64,000 nt of DNA from an uncultured Methanosarcinales archaeon (GCA_964535955.1 CAZHVK010000008.1:1-64000); one strand, 5' to 3'. Positions 21,301-30,887 are shown, counted from the stretch's first letter. The notes: generated by a model not told the origin, from the letters alone. Program-made: numbers and translations.

Positions 21301-23589
21301 TTGAACGGCTTTAAGAATATCTATCCTTCCATAACCTTGTACATTGATTGGTCTATTAACATCAACAGCAGTGTTTCTTAGTGCGTATTTAATCTCATCA
21401 GGTGTCCAGTCAGGGTGTGCTTGTTTCATCAAAGCAGCTGCTCCTGCTACAACTGGAGTTGCCATTGATGTGCCTGCAAATAAAATGTGTTTGCCTTGTT
21501 CACAAGGTTCATAATAAGGATGTTCGCCTTTTTCAAAATCTTCTCCAAATCTTGTAGCACAAATCAAAGCACCAGGTGCAACTACATCTGGTTTCATGAT
21601 TACACCTTTATCCCATTCAACAGGGCCTGCTGAACTAAAAGCAGTAATGTCATCTACTTTAGGATTTGAGTCACCCCAATAATTGCAATAGATTTTGCCA
21701 TTTCGAGGACAAGTACCGCAACGACTTAGTGTTCCTGGTTCACAATCCCAATAAAAGTTTTCATAATTTTGTTTAAAAGATGCACCTACTGTTATTGCTT
21801 TTCTTGCTGTACCAGGACTACCAACAGTTCCTTCTTTGTTATTACCTGAGTTTCCTGCTGCAATAACTACTATTGTGCCTGATTCAACTAGATTATCAAC
21901 TGCTTTTGATTGAGGATCGTCAGGACCACAACTTTCACCATAACCCCACCAAGAACAATCTGCACCCAAGCTCATGCTCAAGATATCAACTTTATCAGAA
22001 AAATCTCCGTCTTTGTTAGGATCAACAGATGCTTCCATTGCTTGAATTATTATGCTGGAGTATGCATTTGGAAAAACTTTATAAGCATATAATTTTGCAT
22101 CTGGTGCAATGCCTTTTAACAAACCATTGCTTGCAATGATTCCTGCACAATGTGTTCCATGACCATAGTAATCCATTGGATCTTCATCAGGGACTATTTG
22201 TTCAAGTATTTCTTCAAGCGACCAACCAATAGCTATATCATTACCTGAAAAATCATAACCACCAATCACTTTATCACATTCTTTGTTAAGAAATTGTTCT
22301 CTTGTGCAGCTTCCAAAGTCAGGGTGTGTATAATCAATACCCGTGTCAATCACGCCAACAGTCACGCCATGTCCTGTCAAACATTCTTTGCCTGTATTGA
22401 TACATTCTTCTTGATTAAGATCTAGTTTCCAAACTTGGTCTGCATTAATAAGTTGAACAGATTCTTTTAAACTCAAATTATTCAAAAGATTTGGATAAAC
22501 TTTTTTAACATAATTTAGTTTTTCTATTTCTTTTGCTCTTTGCTCAGAAATTTCTAATGCAATGCCATTAAAAACATTATAATATTCAGCCATTACTTCA
22601 AAGTTTTGTTCAAGACTTTCATGTCCTGAAACAACATTTCCTGTGATCAGATCTTGGGAACCAGACAACCCAAAGATTAGTTTTTCATGATTTTTTTCCA
22701 TTGTTTGTTTTTGTTGTTCCAAACTTAATTGAATACCATGTTCAGATGTAGCAGAAAGTTCATGATTGTATTTAATTTCTCCGATTGTTCCAGCAGAATA
22801 TACTTTAGCAGAGATCTGTTCTGACAATTGATTTAAAGATGTAAATCTTTTTATCAAAGGATCTTGTTCAAATTCAATTATGTAACCAAATGAAAGATAT
22901 TCTTTTTCGTCGATTAATTCATCATGTATTTCATCTTCTATAAATTCTGGATTTATAACACATTCACCTGTGTCTGGGTCAATGATTTCCATTTCAGATT
23001 CACAACCTAAAAAATTCAATTTAATACCATTTTTTATTTTTATTTGATAACCAGTATCTAGATTAAATTCTTGCAAAGTGTTGTATCTTGGTGGAATGTT
23101 AGGATCATAAACACCAACACCTTTTTCTGCATATTCTCTAATAATAATAAAATTATCTTTGATTGGTTCTATTATTTGTTCAATTGGTTTTGATTTATCA
23201 CCCAAGTAAGGAATCTTGTTCCAACCTTTGTGAAGACTCACACTTGTTTCAGTGAATGGTGTTCCTGTCAGAGTTAGTTCACCAGCATCTGTCATCTTTA
23301 TTTGATATGCTTTGCCAGGTGCAATTGTTTGTAGTGTATTATATCTTGGTGGTATGCCTGGATCATAAACCTTAACACCATCAACTTGGTATTCTCTGAC
23401 AATGATGATATTATCCATGATAGAATCAAATGCTGTTTCTATTTCTTTTATATCTGGGTCTATTGTTATTGGTAATACATTCCAGCCTTGATGAAGTTCT
23501 AATGTAAGTTCATCTGCTAATGTTAATTGAGTGGATAGAAGTAAAATTATAACTAAGAGAAATGATTTTAATATTAATGTTTTCTTCAA
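18358..23589 (-). CDS. Secreted S8 protease with FG-GAP/VCBS-like repeats and Cys-rich modules
   Basis: Signal peptide and GWN modules; VIDTGIDYTH, HGTHCAG and AGTSMATPVVAG motifs; repeated PAVADLDNDG..EI / GWP units typical of FG-GAP beta-propellers. Confidence 0.92.
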   Translation of the reverse strand: MKKTLILKSFLLVIILLLSTQLTLADELTLELHQGWNVLPITIDPDIKEIETAFDSIMDNIIIVREYQVDGVKVYDPGIPPRYNTLQTIAPGKAYQIKMTDAGELTLTGTPFTETSVSLHKGWNKIPYLGDKSKPIEQIIEPIKDNFIIIREYAEKGVGVYDPNIPPRYNTLQEFNLDTGYQIKIKNGIKLNFLGCESEMEIIDPDTGECVINPEFIEDEIHDELIDEKEYLSFGYIIEFEQDPLIKRFTSLNQLSEQISAKVYSAGTIGEIKYNHELSATSEHGIQLSLEQQKQTMEKNHEKLIFGLSGSQDLITGNVVSGHESLEQNFEVMAEYYNVFNGIALEISEQRAKEIEKLNYVKKVYPNLLNNLSLKESVQLINADQVWKLDLNQEECINTGKECLTGHGVTVGVIDTGIDYTHPDFGSCTREQFLNKECDKVIGGYDFSGNDIAIGWSLEEILEQIVPDEDPMDYYGHGTHCAGIIASNGLLKGIAPDAKLYAYKVFPNAYSSIIIQAMEASVDPNKDGDFSDKVDILSMSLGADCSWWGYGESCGPDDPQSKAVDNLVESGTIVVIAAGNSGNNKEGTVGSPGTARKAITVGASFKQNYENFYWDCEPGTLSRCGTCPRNGKIYCNYWGDSNPKVDDITAFSSAGPVEWDKGVIMKPDVVAPGALICATRFGEDFEKGEHPYYEPCEQGKHILFAGTSMATPVVAGAAALMKQAHPDWTPDEIKYALRNTAVDVNRPINVQGYGRIDILKAVQSEKPPVVILDNLQPPISTKTDIIGTATDNYIIEVGTGKHPTSWTIIGSGEPKEKAVLATLDPSMFETGYHSIRIRTTSDIASQDRIIVFLWNIDDLNLLDGWPVKAEYGLGSLTVANIDNDKEEEILSRSLQYLYAWNHDGSYVDGWPVFMGKPRLRSYSSPAPAVADLDNDGIKEIIIGGYDNNVYVYQPDGKLKQGWPVEVTNFRTNSFSTPVIGDVDNDGYQEIVILSTHQVHVLDYQGNELELGWPGFPRSVSGVVAHISPLLGDLDNDDFLDIIFYTLYYNADSDPVLRMNAINNNGINIDGWPFEKVESKYPNNIYNKINSDPVITDIDNDNHLEVIFNDMKSIHVLDSEGKRKRPWPKSFDSVPSTGIIVSDFDDDNYNDIIFASLSLRVGRESIFAYDYLRIYNKDRIKLDKWPVEIYRGSSPAVMTIRRFTTPVIGDMNNDQNPDILSIVGPELGLNPRLPTSKIYAWNKDAEILPGFPKSISKVYFSPTLSDIDKDGDIDLALISEGKVYILDLESDYNRETMQWPMYRQNTRNTGRVSLAEGCTDTDFGKNYFIRGEIYVDGKYHNEDKCNPADGSLNEWYCEDGIQNVESYSCPHDCKDGACIDWSEPQTITLGYGETYDWNGLDFILEDVYAPQRINLDIYDDWKKIYSIGAFAIGNKHIQYIPSLQKYLLINPVKQTTEHVTFKLTQCEDSSCFDQSCDDYCFESIRHYGADLSIREPDKNMFCSRSKSRFCYNGCSDGVCVGDATGCIEFDITKEFPDGKNYDKKGTIVLEDEMKYDYCVDDDPSANLKEMFCAEDENQESYIDEEYYQCPHGCEDGACAEPFEGETYTFSLEYGKSFEDDKLRFLLTDQYVPEKLGFKLYYDRELLSLGASFELGTNYIIEVQDTDRYIKLNFVDQSPAGATIRLTKCGDMSCLDESCNDYCFGNLRYYDGEYNVYQPAKRALCSKYKSEICSIGCQDGVCLTG

Positions 23590-23710
23590 TCATACCACCT
23601 TTTTTGCTAATATTGATTTAGAAACTATATATATATAAATCTTTTGTAAAAAACCAAGAAAACACATTAAGAAATCAAATAAAAAAAAGAATAAAAAAAT
23701 AAAAAAAAAC

Positions 23711-25396
23711 TTAGCCAAGGTTTACTTCTATTGCTGAGCCTGCTGAAGTCCATGTTCCTGTTGTCTTAAGCATTCCATTTAGGAAAAAACTAATTTCATC
23801 TCCTTCTTTTGCTCCTTCGTCTATATCTGTTGTTAATGCGTCGTCTCCATAAACAGACATTAGTCCATATTCGCCATCAGCTGTTAATCTAAATGCACCG
23901 CAGATAATACCATCTGGATCTTCTGCAGTTACAACATCACCAACAACTCCACTAACTGTTCCATAGTATGGAGATGATTTGTCTGTTGCTTTTACATCTG
24001 GCATTTCTATTTCACCTTCACCTTCTGCTTCACCTTCTGCACCTAGGAATACATAAACAAAAATAGTGAAATCATTTATTGTGTCTTCACTTGCTGCTTC
24101 TACCAAATAAGTTCCACCCATATATTTTAGGTATACTTTTTCAGTTCTTGAATATGCAACATCTAATGGTTCGTTTGTATCTACTACTACAAAACTTATT
24201 GTAGGATTTGTGTTGTCTGATTGGTATTTATCAGCTCCTTTGTATTCTATTTCAATTGGTCCATCTGCTCCAGGTATAGTAAATCTGTCACCTTTATTTA
24301 ATTCATAAACCTGATCTCCTCCATCGATATAACCACTACATTTACAAGTTTCAAAGTCACATGCTTCACATTGACCTAAGTCTGAACCATCACATACTTC
24401 ATCTCCTTCTACAACATTGTTTCCGCACATTTGTTCTGGTTCACCTTCGCCTTCACCTTCTGCACCAAGTTCACATACTGCTTCCCAGTCTGTTTCTTTG
24501 ATTTTCATGTCTTCAAAGTCCATCTTTTCTTCAACTTCTGCTTTACATGCTACAGCGTCTTGAGGATCTGTGCAAGGTTCTTGTGGTAAACATTGTCCAT
24601 CTGCTGGGTCAATCTTAAAAAAGCTGTATTGACAACAATTGGATTTTCCACTTTCTTGTATAAAAGCTTCTTGTACATCATCACCACAACAATAACCATC
24701 TTCACCACCAATCCAGTCTAGACCGCAGTTAACACATATATCTTTAGCAGAGTCTAGGTCAGTTATTACTTTAACATATAAAAGATGTGCCATCCATTTA
24801 CCTTCTGAACCGCCTTCACCATGGCAGTCTTTTGCATCATCCCATACATATCTTTCATTTAGATCATAGTCTTTTGGTGCTGTCTCTGAACATCCATATG
24901 TTAAGAAAAATCTTTTTCTTGCAGGATCTTTTGATAAAGGAAATTTAGCTACAATCGGTGTAAGACCAGGTAGCCAGTTACTACTACCAATCCTTTCAGC
25001 ATTTGAATATTCTGTGAAAAGTTTTTCTTTCCAAAGATTATCTATATCAACTTCTTCACCAGGTGCAGGATCTTCTGCATATAAAAATGTATTATAGATA
25101 TACTGATCATTTTGTGCTGTTAACATAATATTTTTCTCATCTTCACCAAGCATAAAAACAACCATTTCCTCTGGTTCAATCTTAAAATGTTCACCAGGGT
25201 TTGCTGCCCATGTGTTTTGTTCAGCATCTAAAAATTCTGCTGCTTTATACACTTGTCCAACTGGTGCGTTTGCTGCTGCTTCTTCACCAGGTTTCATTGG
25301 TTCAGGCGGCAGGTTTCCTTCTTCTGCTGTTTTACATGCTGCTAAGCTGAATACTAAGCTTAACAAAACTAAAAACAGAAATAATTTTTTCAACAT
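23711..25396 (-). CDS. Putative surface lipoprotein, acidic and Cys-rich
   Basis: N-terminus MLKK, hydrophobic stretch and lipobox LAAC; EGEGE linkers; shares the YKGADKY module with the neighbouring gene. Confidence 0.75.
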   Translation of the reverse strand: MLKKLFLFLVLLSLVFSLAACKTAEEGNLPPEPMKPGEEAAANAPVGQVYKAAEFLDAEQNTWAANPGEHFKIEPEEMVVFMLGEDEKNIMLTAQNDQYIYNTFLYAEDPAPGEEVDIDNLWKEKLFTEYSNAERIGSSNWLPGLTPIVAKFPLSKDPARKRFFLTYGCSETAPKDYDLNERYVWDDAKDCHGEGGSEGKWMAHLLYVKVITDLDSAKDICVNCGLDWIGGEDGYCCGDDVQEAFIQESGKSNCCQYSFFKIDPADGQCLPQEPCTDPQDAVACKAEVEEKMDFEDMKIKETDWEAVCELGAEGEGEGEPEQMCGNNVVEGDEVCDGSDLGQCEACDFETCKCSGYIDGGDQVYELNKGDRFTIPGADGPIEIEYKGADKYQSDNTNPTISFVVVDTNEPLDVAYSRTEKVYLKYMGGTYLVEAASEDTINDFTIFVYVFLGAEGEAEGEGEIEMPDVKATDKSSPYYGTVSGVVGDVVTAEDPDGIICGAFRLTADGEYGLMSVYGDDALTTDIDEGAKEGDEISFFLNGMLKTTGTWTSAGSAIEVNLG

Positions 25397-25535
25397 TGTT
25401 TATCACCTTCTTTGTGTTTTATATTAATCATTATTGAAAATATCAATAATATTTAGTATTTATATGAATCTTATATATAAAGTTTACTGTAAAGAAAAGG
25501 ATAATAGCTGGTAATGTGCATGGTTCGTTCGCACT

Positions 25536-26681
25536 TTACCCATAAAGTCTTTTCTGTTCTTTGTAAGCTTTTGTTAATTCTTGAGAACAATGTCTTAGAT
25601 TATTAGGGTTTTTAGGTTTTAAGAATTCTTTTAATTTCCTTTGTTCACATTCTTCATAAGCTAAAAGTGCTGCTAAGCCAAATCTTGTCCTGTAATCACC
25701 TTTGATTTGTAATGTTTTTGATGCTATACCATACTTTTCCCAGCTTATGCCTTCTTCTAATTTACAGCCTGATAAACCACCATCTTTAACATCTGCTGTT
25801 GTTATTTGTAAACCACGGTCAGCACCTTCCCAATCTATGTTCAAAATTTGTGTTATTGTTGGTGATGTCTGTTGTATAAAGTTTTTAGGGCCGCCCCCGC
25901 CTAAAAGAAAAAATCCACTTGATTTAGAACAATAAACAATTGCAGCTGATAAATTAATATCATCCTGAGCACTTAACCTTACATTGATTCCATCAAGTTT
26001 TAGTTTTGCAAGGTTCATTGCAATTGAATGGTTTTGCATAGAATCCCAAAACAAAGGTACATAATGTTTTGCACAAGCTGCAACAAAACTTCTTTCTGGA
26101 TAAGGTGCTGTTTCTAAAACATATTTTCCTAATAAATAATTAAATTCTGCACTAGATATTTCTCTGCTAGTTAATAATTTTTGATATTTTTTGTCTTGAA
26201 CAAAAGCACAGATTATTTTATCCTGCTCCATTAATGTTGCTTTTGATTCTATAACAGCGTCATATATTCTAGCATAACCTTTATTTCTTAACAAGATATC
26301 ATACTCTCTACTTATTAAATCTGTATTTATTCTTTTTACAGGAAGACCGTATGCAAAATGCAGGTCATGATAAACTTGTGCACCTGTTGAACAGATCACA
26401 TCAATAAAACCCCTTTCCACCAAATCTATGACATAACTACCCTGGCCTTCAACAATTCCAATTCCAGCAATGCCTAACCAGATTGTATCATTATCCTCAA
26501 TCATTTGTTTATATAAATTAAAACAATGCTTTGAATCATGATACTCATCATCATGAAGAGTTTCATTTTTAGCATACAAAGAACAAAGTTCATGAAATAA
26601 ATCATCAAAAGTATAATATTTTAAACTCTTGGGAATTATGTTTTCACCTAATTGTAATTTTTGATCAAGTTCAGGTTTCAT
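25536..26681 (-). CDS. dys: Deoxyhypusine synthase family protein
   Basis: Motifs IDVICSTGA..YHD, LGGGGPKNF and DGGLSGC..EEGISWEK (active-site Lys region). Divergent, so it could be a homospermidine-synthase-like paralog. Confidence 0.8.
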   Translation of the reverse strand: MKPELDQKLQLGENIIPKSLKYYTFDDLFHELCSLYAKNETLHDDEYHDSKHCFNLYKQMIEDNDTIWLGIAGIGIVEGQGSYVIDLVERGFIDVICSTGAQVYHDLHFAYGLPVKRINTDLISREYDILLRNKGYARIYDAVIESKATLMEQDKIICAFVQDKKYQKLLTSREISSAEFNYLLGKYVLETAPYPERSFVAACAKHYVPLFWDSMQNHSIAMNLAKLKLDGINVRLSAQDDINLSAAIVYCSKSSGFFLLGGGGPKNFIQQTSPTITQILNIDWEGADRGLQITTADVKDGGLSGCKLEEGISWEKYGIASKTLQIKGDYRTRFGLAALLAYEECEQRKLKEFLKPKNPNNLRHCSQELTKAYKEQKRLYG

Positions 26682-26730
26682 ACATTGTGGGGTGGTTATT
26701 GAGTTTAAAAGTATTTATATGGTTGAGAAT

Positions 26731-27327
26731 TTAGCTTTGTCTATCTAATTCATTATGAACAATAACAATACAATGTGATGAATATATCATTAATGGTGAT
26801 AAAGAAATCTTTTCAGCACCTTTTCTTTTCAAAAGTCTGTTTGTTTGTTTGTCCATGCCTTTGTGGTCGCCAAAAATAAATACACTATCAACAGAATCAT
26901 CAAACTTTACTTTTCTTATGTCTGTGCCTTTTTTGTCTAAGTAATAAATCTGGCCTTGTACAAAGTTGACAAAGTCTGTGAATGTTTGTCTTTTGATTTC
27001 TATACCAGGTTCTACTTCTACTGATTGTTCTTTGTCTAGGCTGTTGCCTTTTTCAAGTGCTTTCTTGATCTTTGTTGCAATTGATCTTTCGTCATACTCA
27101 AACTGATGTAATTTAGATCCGTCAAAACTTATTATTCTTGTTGCATTTGGTTTTCCTTCCATTACAACATAAATAATTGTGTCTGGTCTGAAATGATTTG
27201 CAATAAATAATGAATTAGAAATACATCTTGTGACTAAATCAATTCTGCCAGAGTCTTTTAGATTGTTTAGATTGATTAATTTATCTGAAGTTGGTGCTTG
27301 TGTTGCTTTTAGTATGAAAGTTCTCAT
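26731..27327 (-). CDS. trmY: tRNA (pseudouridine54-N1)-methyltransferase, SPOUT family
   Basis: MRTFIL, SGRIDL..RC, FIFGDHKG, KISLSP and SHCIVIVHNELDR motifs. Confidence 0.9.
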   Translation of the reverse strand: MRTFILKATQAPTSDKLINLNNLKDSGRIDLVTRCISNSLFIANHFRPDTIIYVVMEGKPNATRIISFDGSKLHQFEYDERSIATKIKKALEKGNSLDKEQSVEVEPGIEIKRQTFTDFVNFVQGQIYYLDKKGTDIRKVKFDDSVDSVFIFGDHKGMDKQTNRLLKRKGAEKISLSPLMIYSSHCIVIVHNELDRQS

Positions 27328-27398
27328 AGAATCAAAGTAAATATGGGTGTATATAAAAGTATCTGATTAAAACAAGGATCTAGAAAAAGATCTAGAAA

Positions 27399-27998
27399 TC
27401 ATTTTTCATATCTTAAAATAATCTCTACAATCTGGTCTTCTGTATCTTGTTGTGAAGAAGGAATATTTGGAAGATTGTGATTAACAAAATTAATGATTTT
27501 TTGTGTTAGTGTGTCTATCTTTGAAAAATTTGCTTTTTTAGCATAAGAATAAAGTTCTTTAGATAATTTGTCAATTGTCTTTTTATGCTCTGTGTTAAAA
27601 TAAGGTTTTGATAAATTACATAATAATTCTATGTCTAGATATTTATGCATATATTTTTTTCTTCTGTCTGAAACTTTTTTTGGTTTTGTTATTTTTGGAA
27701 CATATTCTACACCAGAATTAACAATTGTCATGAGTTCATAGCTTAAGGATTTTTCCAGAACCTCTGCCTCTTTAACAGTTTTTTCAGACCTGTTTTCAGG
27801 ATGATTAATAATAGAATATAAAAATTTGATATCATTGTTACATTCTTCTATAGACATTGACCTGAATCTTTCTCTGACAAAGTCTCTTGTCTTTTTAATG
27901 TCCCTGTCCTGATCTTTGCATTTGATTATGCTGAGTCCTTTGAAATATTTTTGTTTGAGTTTTTCAAATTCTTGTTCTATATTGTCTTCATTGTCCAT
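27399..27998 (-). CDS. Hypothetical protein
   Basis: 199 aa ORF with no recognised motif. Confidence 0.65.
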   Translation of the reverse strand: MDNEDNIEQEFEKLKQKYFKGLSIIKCKDQDRDIKKTRDFVRERFRSMSIEECNNDIKFLYSIINHPENRSEKTVKEAEVLEKSLSYELMTIVNSGVEYVPKITKPKKVSDRRKKYMHKYLDIELLCNLSKPYFNTEHKKTIDKLSKELYSYAKKANFSKIDTLTQKIINFVNHNLPNIPSSQQDTEDQIVEIILRYEK

Positions 27999-28100
27999 GT
28001 TTATGAGGAAGATTGTATTTTTTTATAAATATAACTAGGTTGAAGTATATAATTTATGACATATAAATTTATATATATTTTCGCATTAATCGTGATTATT

Positions 28101-28283
28101 ATGTGTATTGGAGATAAAGTTATAAGATACTATAATAAGCCAGGAAGATATCGTAAACAGGATCCTAAATGGAATGGTGCTTCTCATAGTACTCATCCTG
28201 TGTATTATAGATATTATAGGAAATTAGTTAATTGTATTGATAATTATAGGTGTAGGAAATTTGGAGGAAAGTTTGAGTGCTGA
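28101..28283 (+). CDS. Small basic hypothetical protein
   Basis: Part of ORF 28056..28283; start MCIGDK is preferred because it lies just downstream of a TTTATATA box. Confidence 0.4.
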   Translation: MCIGDKVIRYYNKPGRYRKQDPKWNGASHSTHPVYYRYYRKLVNCIDNYRCRKFGGKFEC

Positions 28284-28492
28284 AAATGGTAAAAGAATAT
28301 ATAACAGTTGATGGGTTGGTTGCTTGTGAAGAAAAGAAAGTAGAGGACAATCCTGAAGGTGATCTGCTTAGAATAGTTAATGAACAATTAATGCAAGACA
28401 AAAGAAGAAATGAAGCAGCTATGCAGAAGATATATGATAATTTGAAATATAGAAAGGCAAGAAGATATAGGTCTGGAGTTGTTTATGTGTGA
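28277..28492 (+). CDS. Small hypothetical protein
   Basis: 71 aa ORF with GGAGG upstream, overlapping the previous stop. Confidence 0.5.
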   Translation: MLKMVKEYITVDGLVACEEKKVEDNPEGDLLRIVNEQLMQDKRRNEAAMQKIYDNLKYRKARRYRSGVVYV

Positions 28493-28558
28493 CTAAATCA
28501 CACTAACTTTTAATTTCTTCAGAAACATTATTAAATACTGAAACCTTACCAATGTAAA

Positions 28559-29119
28559 ATGGAAAGAGGAGTCAAAGATATCAATATATTGAATGAGTTT
28601 TGTGTTAGGTTCTGTAAAATATTAGAAAAACATGCTGATTATATCATTGTATCTGGTTTTGTTGCAATCGCTTCTGGTAGAGTAAGAGCTACAGAAGATA
28701 TTGATATAATCATTTCAAAGATTGATAAGGAACTATTTCTTCAATTACATAATGATTTGGTGGGAAATGATTTTGTATGTATGCAGAGTGATAATGGTGA
28801 TGAGATATATAATGAATATTTGAATCAAAAATCAAGTGTTAGATATACTTTAAAAGATCAACCATTGCCAGAGATGGAACTAAAATTAGCAAAAGATGAA
28901 TTAGATGAGTATCAATTAAAAACAAAACAGAAATTAGAATTAACTGGTCTAGATGTTTGGTTTAGTTCTATCAACATGAATATTGCATTTAAAGAAGAAT
29001 ATTTAAAATCTGACAAAGATTTAGAAGATGCAAAACATTTAAGAGAGGTTTATAGTGATTTAGTAAGTAATGATGAGATTAATAAAATAAAACAACTTAT
29101 AAAGAGGTTAAGATTATGA
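28559..29119 (+). CDS. Nucleotidyltransferase-fold protein (possible toxin-antitoxin component)
   Basis: YIIVSGFVAIASGRVRATEDIDI (G...R.T.DID) and C-terminal KD.ED motifs. Confidence 0.7.
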   Translation: MERGVKDINILNEFCVRFCKILEKHADYIIVSGFVAIASGRVRATEDIDIIISKIDKELFLQLHNDLVGNDFVCMQSDNGDEIYNEYLNQKSSVRYTLKDQPLPEMELKLAKDELDEYQLKTKQKLELTGLDVWFSSINMNIAFKEEYLKSDKDLEDAKHLREVYSDLVSNDEINKIKQLIKRLRL

Positions 29120-29346
29120 GAGATAAAACACATGATGACTTTATTGAACGTTGGGTAAAATTTATGAAAGAAAATCCTGTTAGGTGGAGAAGAATTCATG
29201 CCCAGTTTATTAATGCTCAATTTGATAATGCACATAAATTCTGGGAAAGATTGTTGAAAACAAAGAATGGTAAAGAAAAACTAATAAAGATTTATAATAT
29301 TAAGAATCTAAAAGGATATGAAGGGTTATTGAATGGTAAAAAATAA
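29116..29346 (+). CDS. Small protein translationally coupled to the nucleotidyltransferase
   Basis: ATGA start/stop overlap; 76 aa, helical and basic. Confidence 0.7.
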   Translation: MRDKTHDDFIERWVKFMKENPVRWRRIHAQFINAQFDNAHKFWERLLKTKNGKEKLIKIYNIKNLKGYEGLLNGKK

Positions 29347-29384
29347 CCTCAAGTTTTAAAAACAACTCATTCTACCTCTACATA

Positions 29385-30887
29385 ATGCAAGATATTAATG
29401 TAATTAAGAAAGAATTAAAGAAATTAATAGTTGATAGTGTAAAGAATCAAGTTAAGAATCTAGATGGAAATGTAGGTATTTTGTTTTCTGGAGGAATTGA
29501 TAGCACAATTATTGCGTTTATTCTGAAGTCATTGGGTGTGAAGTTTACTTGTTATTGTTTTGGTCTTGATGAGCCTGGACTTAAAGAAGCTGAAGATATT
29601 GTGTGGGCAAAGAAAGTTGCACTTGAGTTGGGTTTTAATTTGAAAATTATTAATGTTGATTTAAGTGGTGCAGAGAAATTGGTTCATCGAACTACAAAAG
29701 TTTTAGCTGGCATGGATAATAAGGTTGTGCATGTGGGTGTTGGTAGTGTGATGATTGGTGTTTGTGATGCTGCTAAGAAAGATAAAACTGTCCACCTATT
29801 CTCTGGGTTAGGAAGTGAAGAATTGTTTGCTGGTTATCAAAGACATGAACAGTCTGATGATATTAATAAAGAATGTGCTCATGGTTTGGAGTTAATGAAG
29901 AAAGGTGATCTTGTTCGTGATAAATTAATTGCTGATTCTGAAGGTGTTAAGTTCTTTGTTCCATTTCTTGATGATAAGTTGGTTAAGTATTCTTTGACAG
30001 TTCCTGGTGAATTAAAAATTAAAGATGATGTTAAAAAATATATTTTGAGATTGGTTGGTGTGGATCTAGGTCTGCCTAAAACAATTGCTTTTAGAAAGAA
30101 AAAAGCTGCACAATATGGATCTAATATGGATAAAGCAATCATGAAGTTGGCTAAAAAGAATGGTTTTAAATTTAAATCACATTATCTAAATCATCAAATA
30201 AAGTTAGGTGCACTTGTTTCAGGTGGAAAAGATTCAATATTTGCAATGTATAAAATGATTAAGCAAGGTTATGATGTAAAGTGTTTGATAACTGTTAAAT
30301 CTAAAAATCTTGATTCTTACATGTTTCATACACCTAATATTGATCTTGTTAAACATCAAAGTATTGCTCTTGACTTACCAATGGTTTATATTGAAACAAA
30401 AGGTGAGAAGGAGAAGGAATTAGTGGATTTGAAAAAGATTATAAAAGAAGCAAAGGATAAAGAAAAACTAGATGGAATTATAACAGGTGCTCTTTTTTCT
30501 ACCTACCAACGTGAGCGTGTTGAAAAGATTTGTGATGAGTTAGGTTTAGTTTGTTTTTCTCCATTGTGGCACACTGATCAAGAAACTTTGCTCCACCAAT
30601 TAATAGAGAATAAGTTTAGAGTAATGATTGTAGCTGTTGCTGCTGATGGTTTGGGTGAAGAAGATCTTGGTGAAGTTATTGATGAAAAATTTATAAAAAA
30701 AATGGTTGAATTGAACAAGAAGAATAAAATAAACATTGCATTTGAAGGTGGTGAAGCAGAAACACTTGTTATTGATTGTCCTATTTTTAAGAAAAGGTTA
30801 GAGATTGTTAAAGTAAGGAAAGAAATGGAAAATAAATATACTGGAAAGTATATAATAGAGGATATAAGATTGGTTGATAAAGTGTGA
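29385..30887 (+). CDS. dph6: Fusion: asparagine-synthase C-terminal domain + diphthine-ammonia ligase (Dph6)
   Basis: Two PP-loop motifs: FSGGIDS (with GLGSEELFAGY and RKKKAAQYGS) and VSGGKDS (with SYMFH, FSPLW and FEGGEAETLV.DCPIF). Confidence 0.88.
   Translation: MQDINVIKKELKKLIVDSVKNQVKNLDGNVGILFSGGIDSTIIAFILKSLGVKFTCYCFGLDEPGLKEAEDIVWAKKVALELGFNLKIINVDLSGAEKLVHRTTKVLAGMDNKVVHVGVGSVMIGVCDAAKKDKTVHLFSGLGSEELFAGYQRHEQSDDINKECAHGLELMKKGDLVRDKLIADSEGVKFFVPFLDDKLVKYSLTVPGELKIKDDVKKYILRLVGVDLGLPKTIAFRKKKAAQYGSNMDKAIMKLAKKNGFKFKSHYLNHQIKLGALVSGGKDSIFAMYKMIKQGYDVKCLITVKSKNLDSYMFHTPNIDLVKHQSIALDLPMVYIETKGEKEKELVDLKKIIKEAKDKEKLDGIITGALFSTYQRERVEKICDELGLVCFSPLWHTDQETLLHQLIENKFRVMIVAVAADGLGEEDLGEVIDEKFIKKMVELNKKNKINIAFEGGEAETLVIDCPIFKKRLEIVKVRKEMENKYTGKYIIEDIRLVDKV

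Noticed and set aside
6732..23372. Diversity-generating retroelement (template/variable repeat pair) among the near-identical repeats
   Set aside because: There is no reverse transcriptase in the window, both copies are coding and N-terminal, and the mismatches are not confined to adenines.
75..25427. Many 60-190 aa plus-strand ORFs in the track (e.g. 8443..9018, 9100..9636)
   Set aside because: They are antisense shadows of long minus-strand genes, with odd His/Leu/Cys/Ser composition and no motifs.
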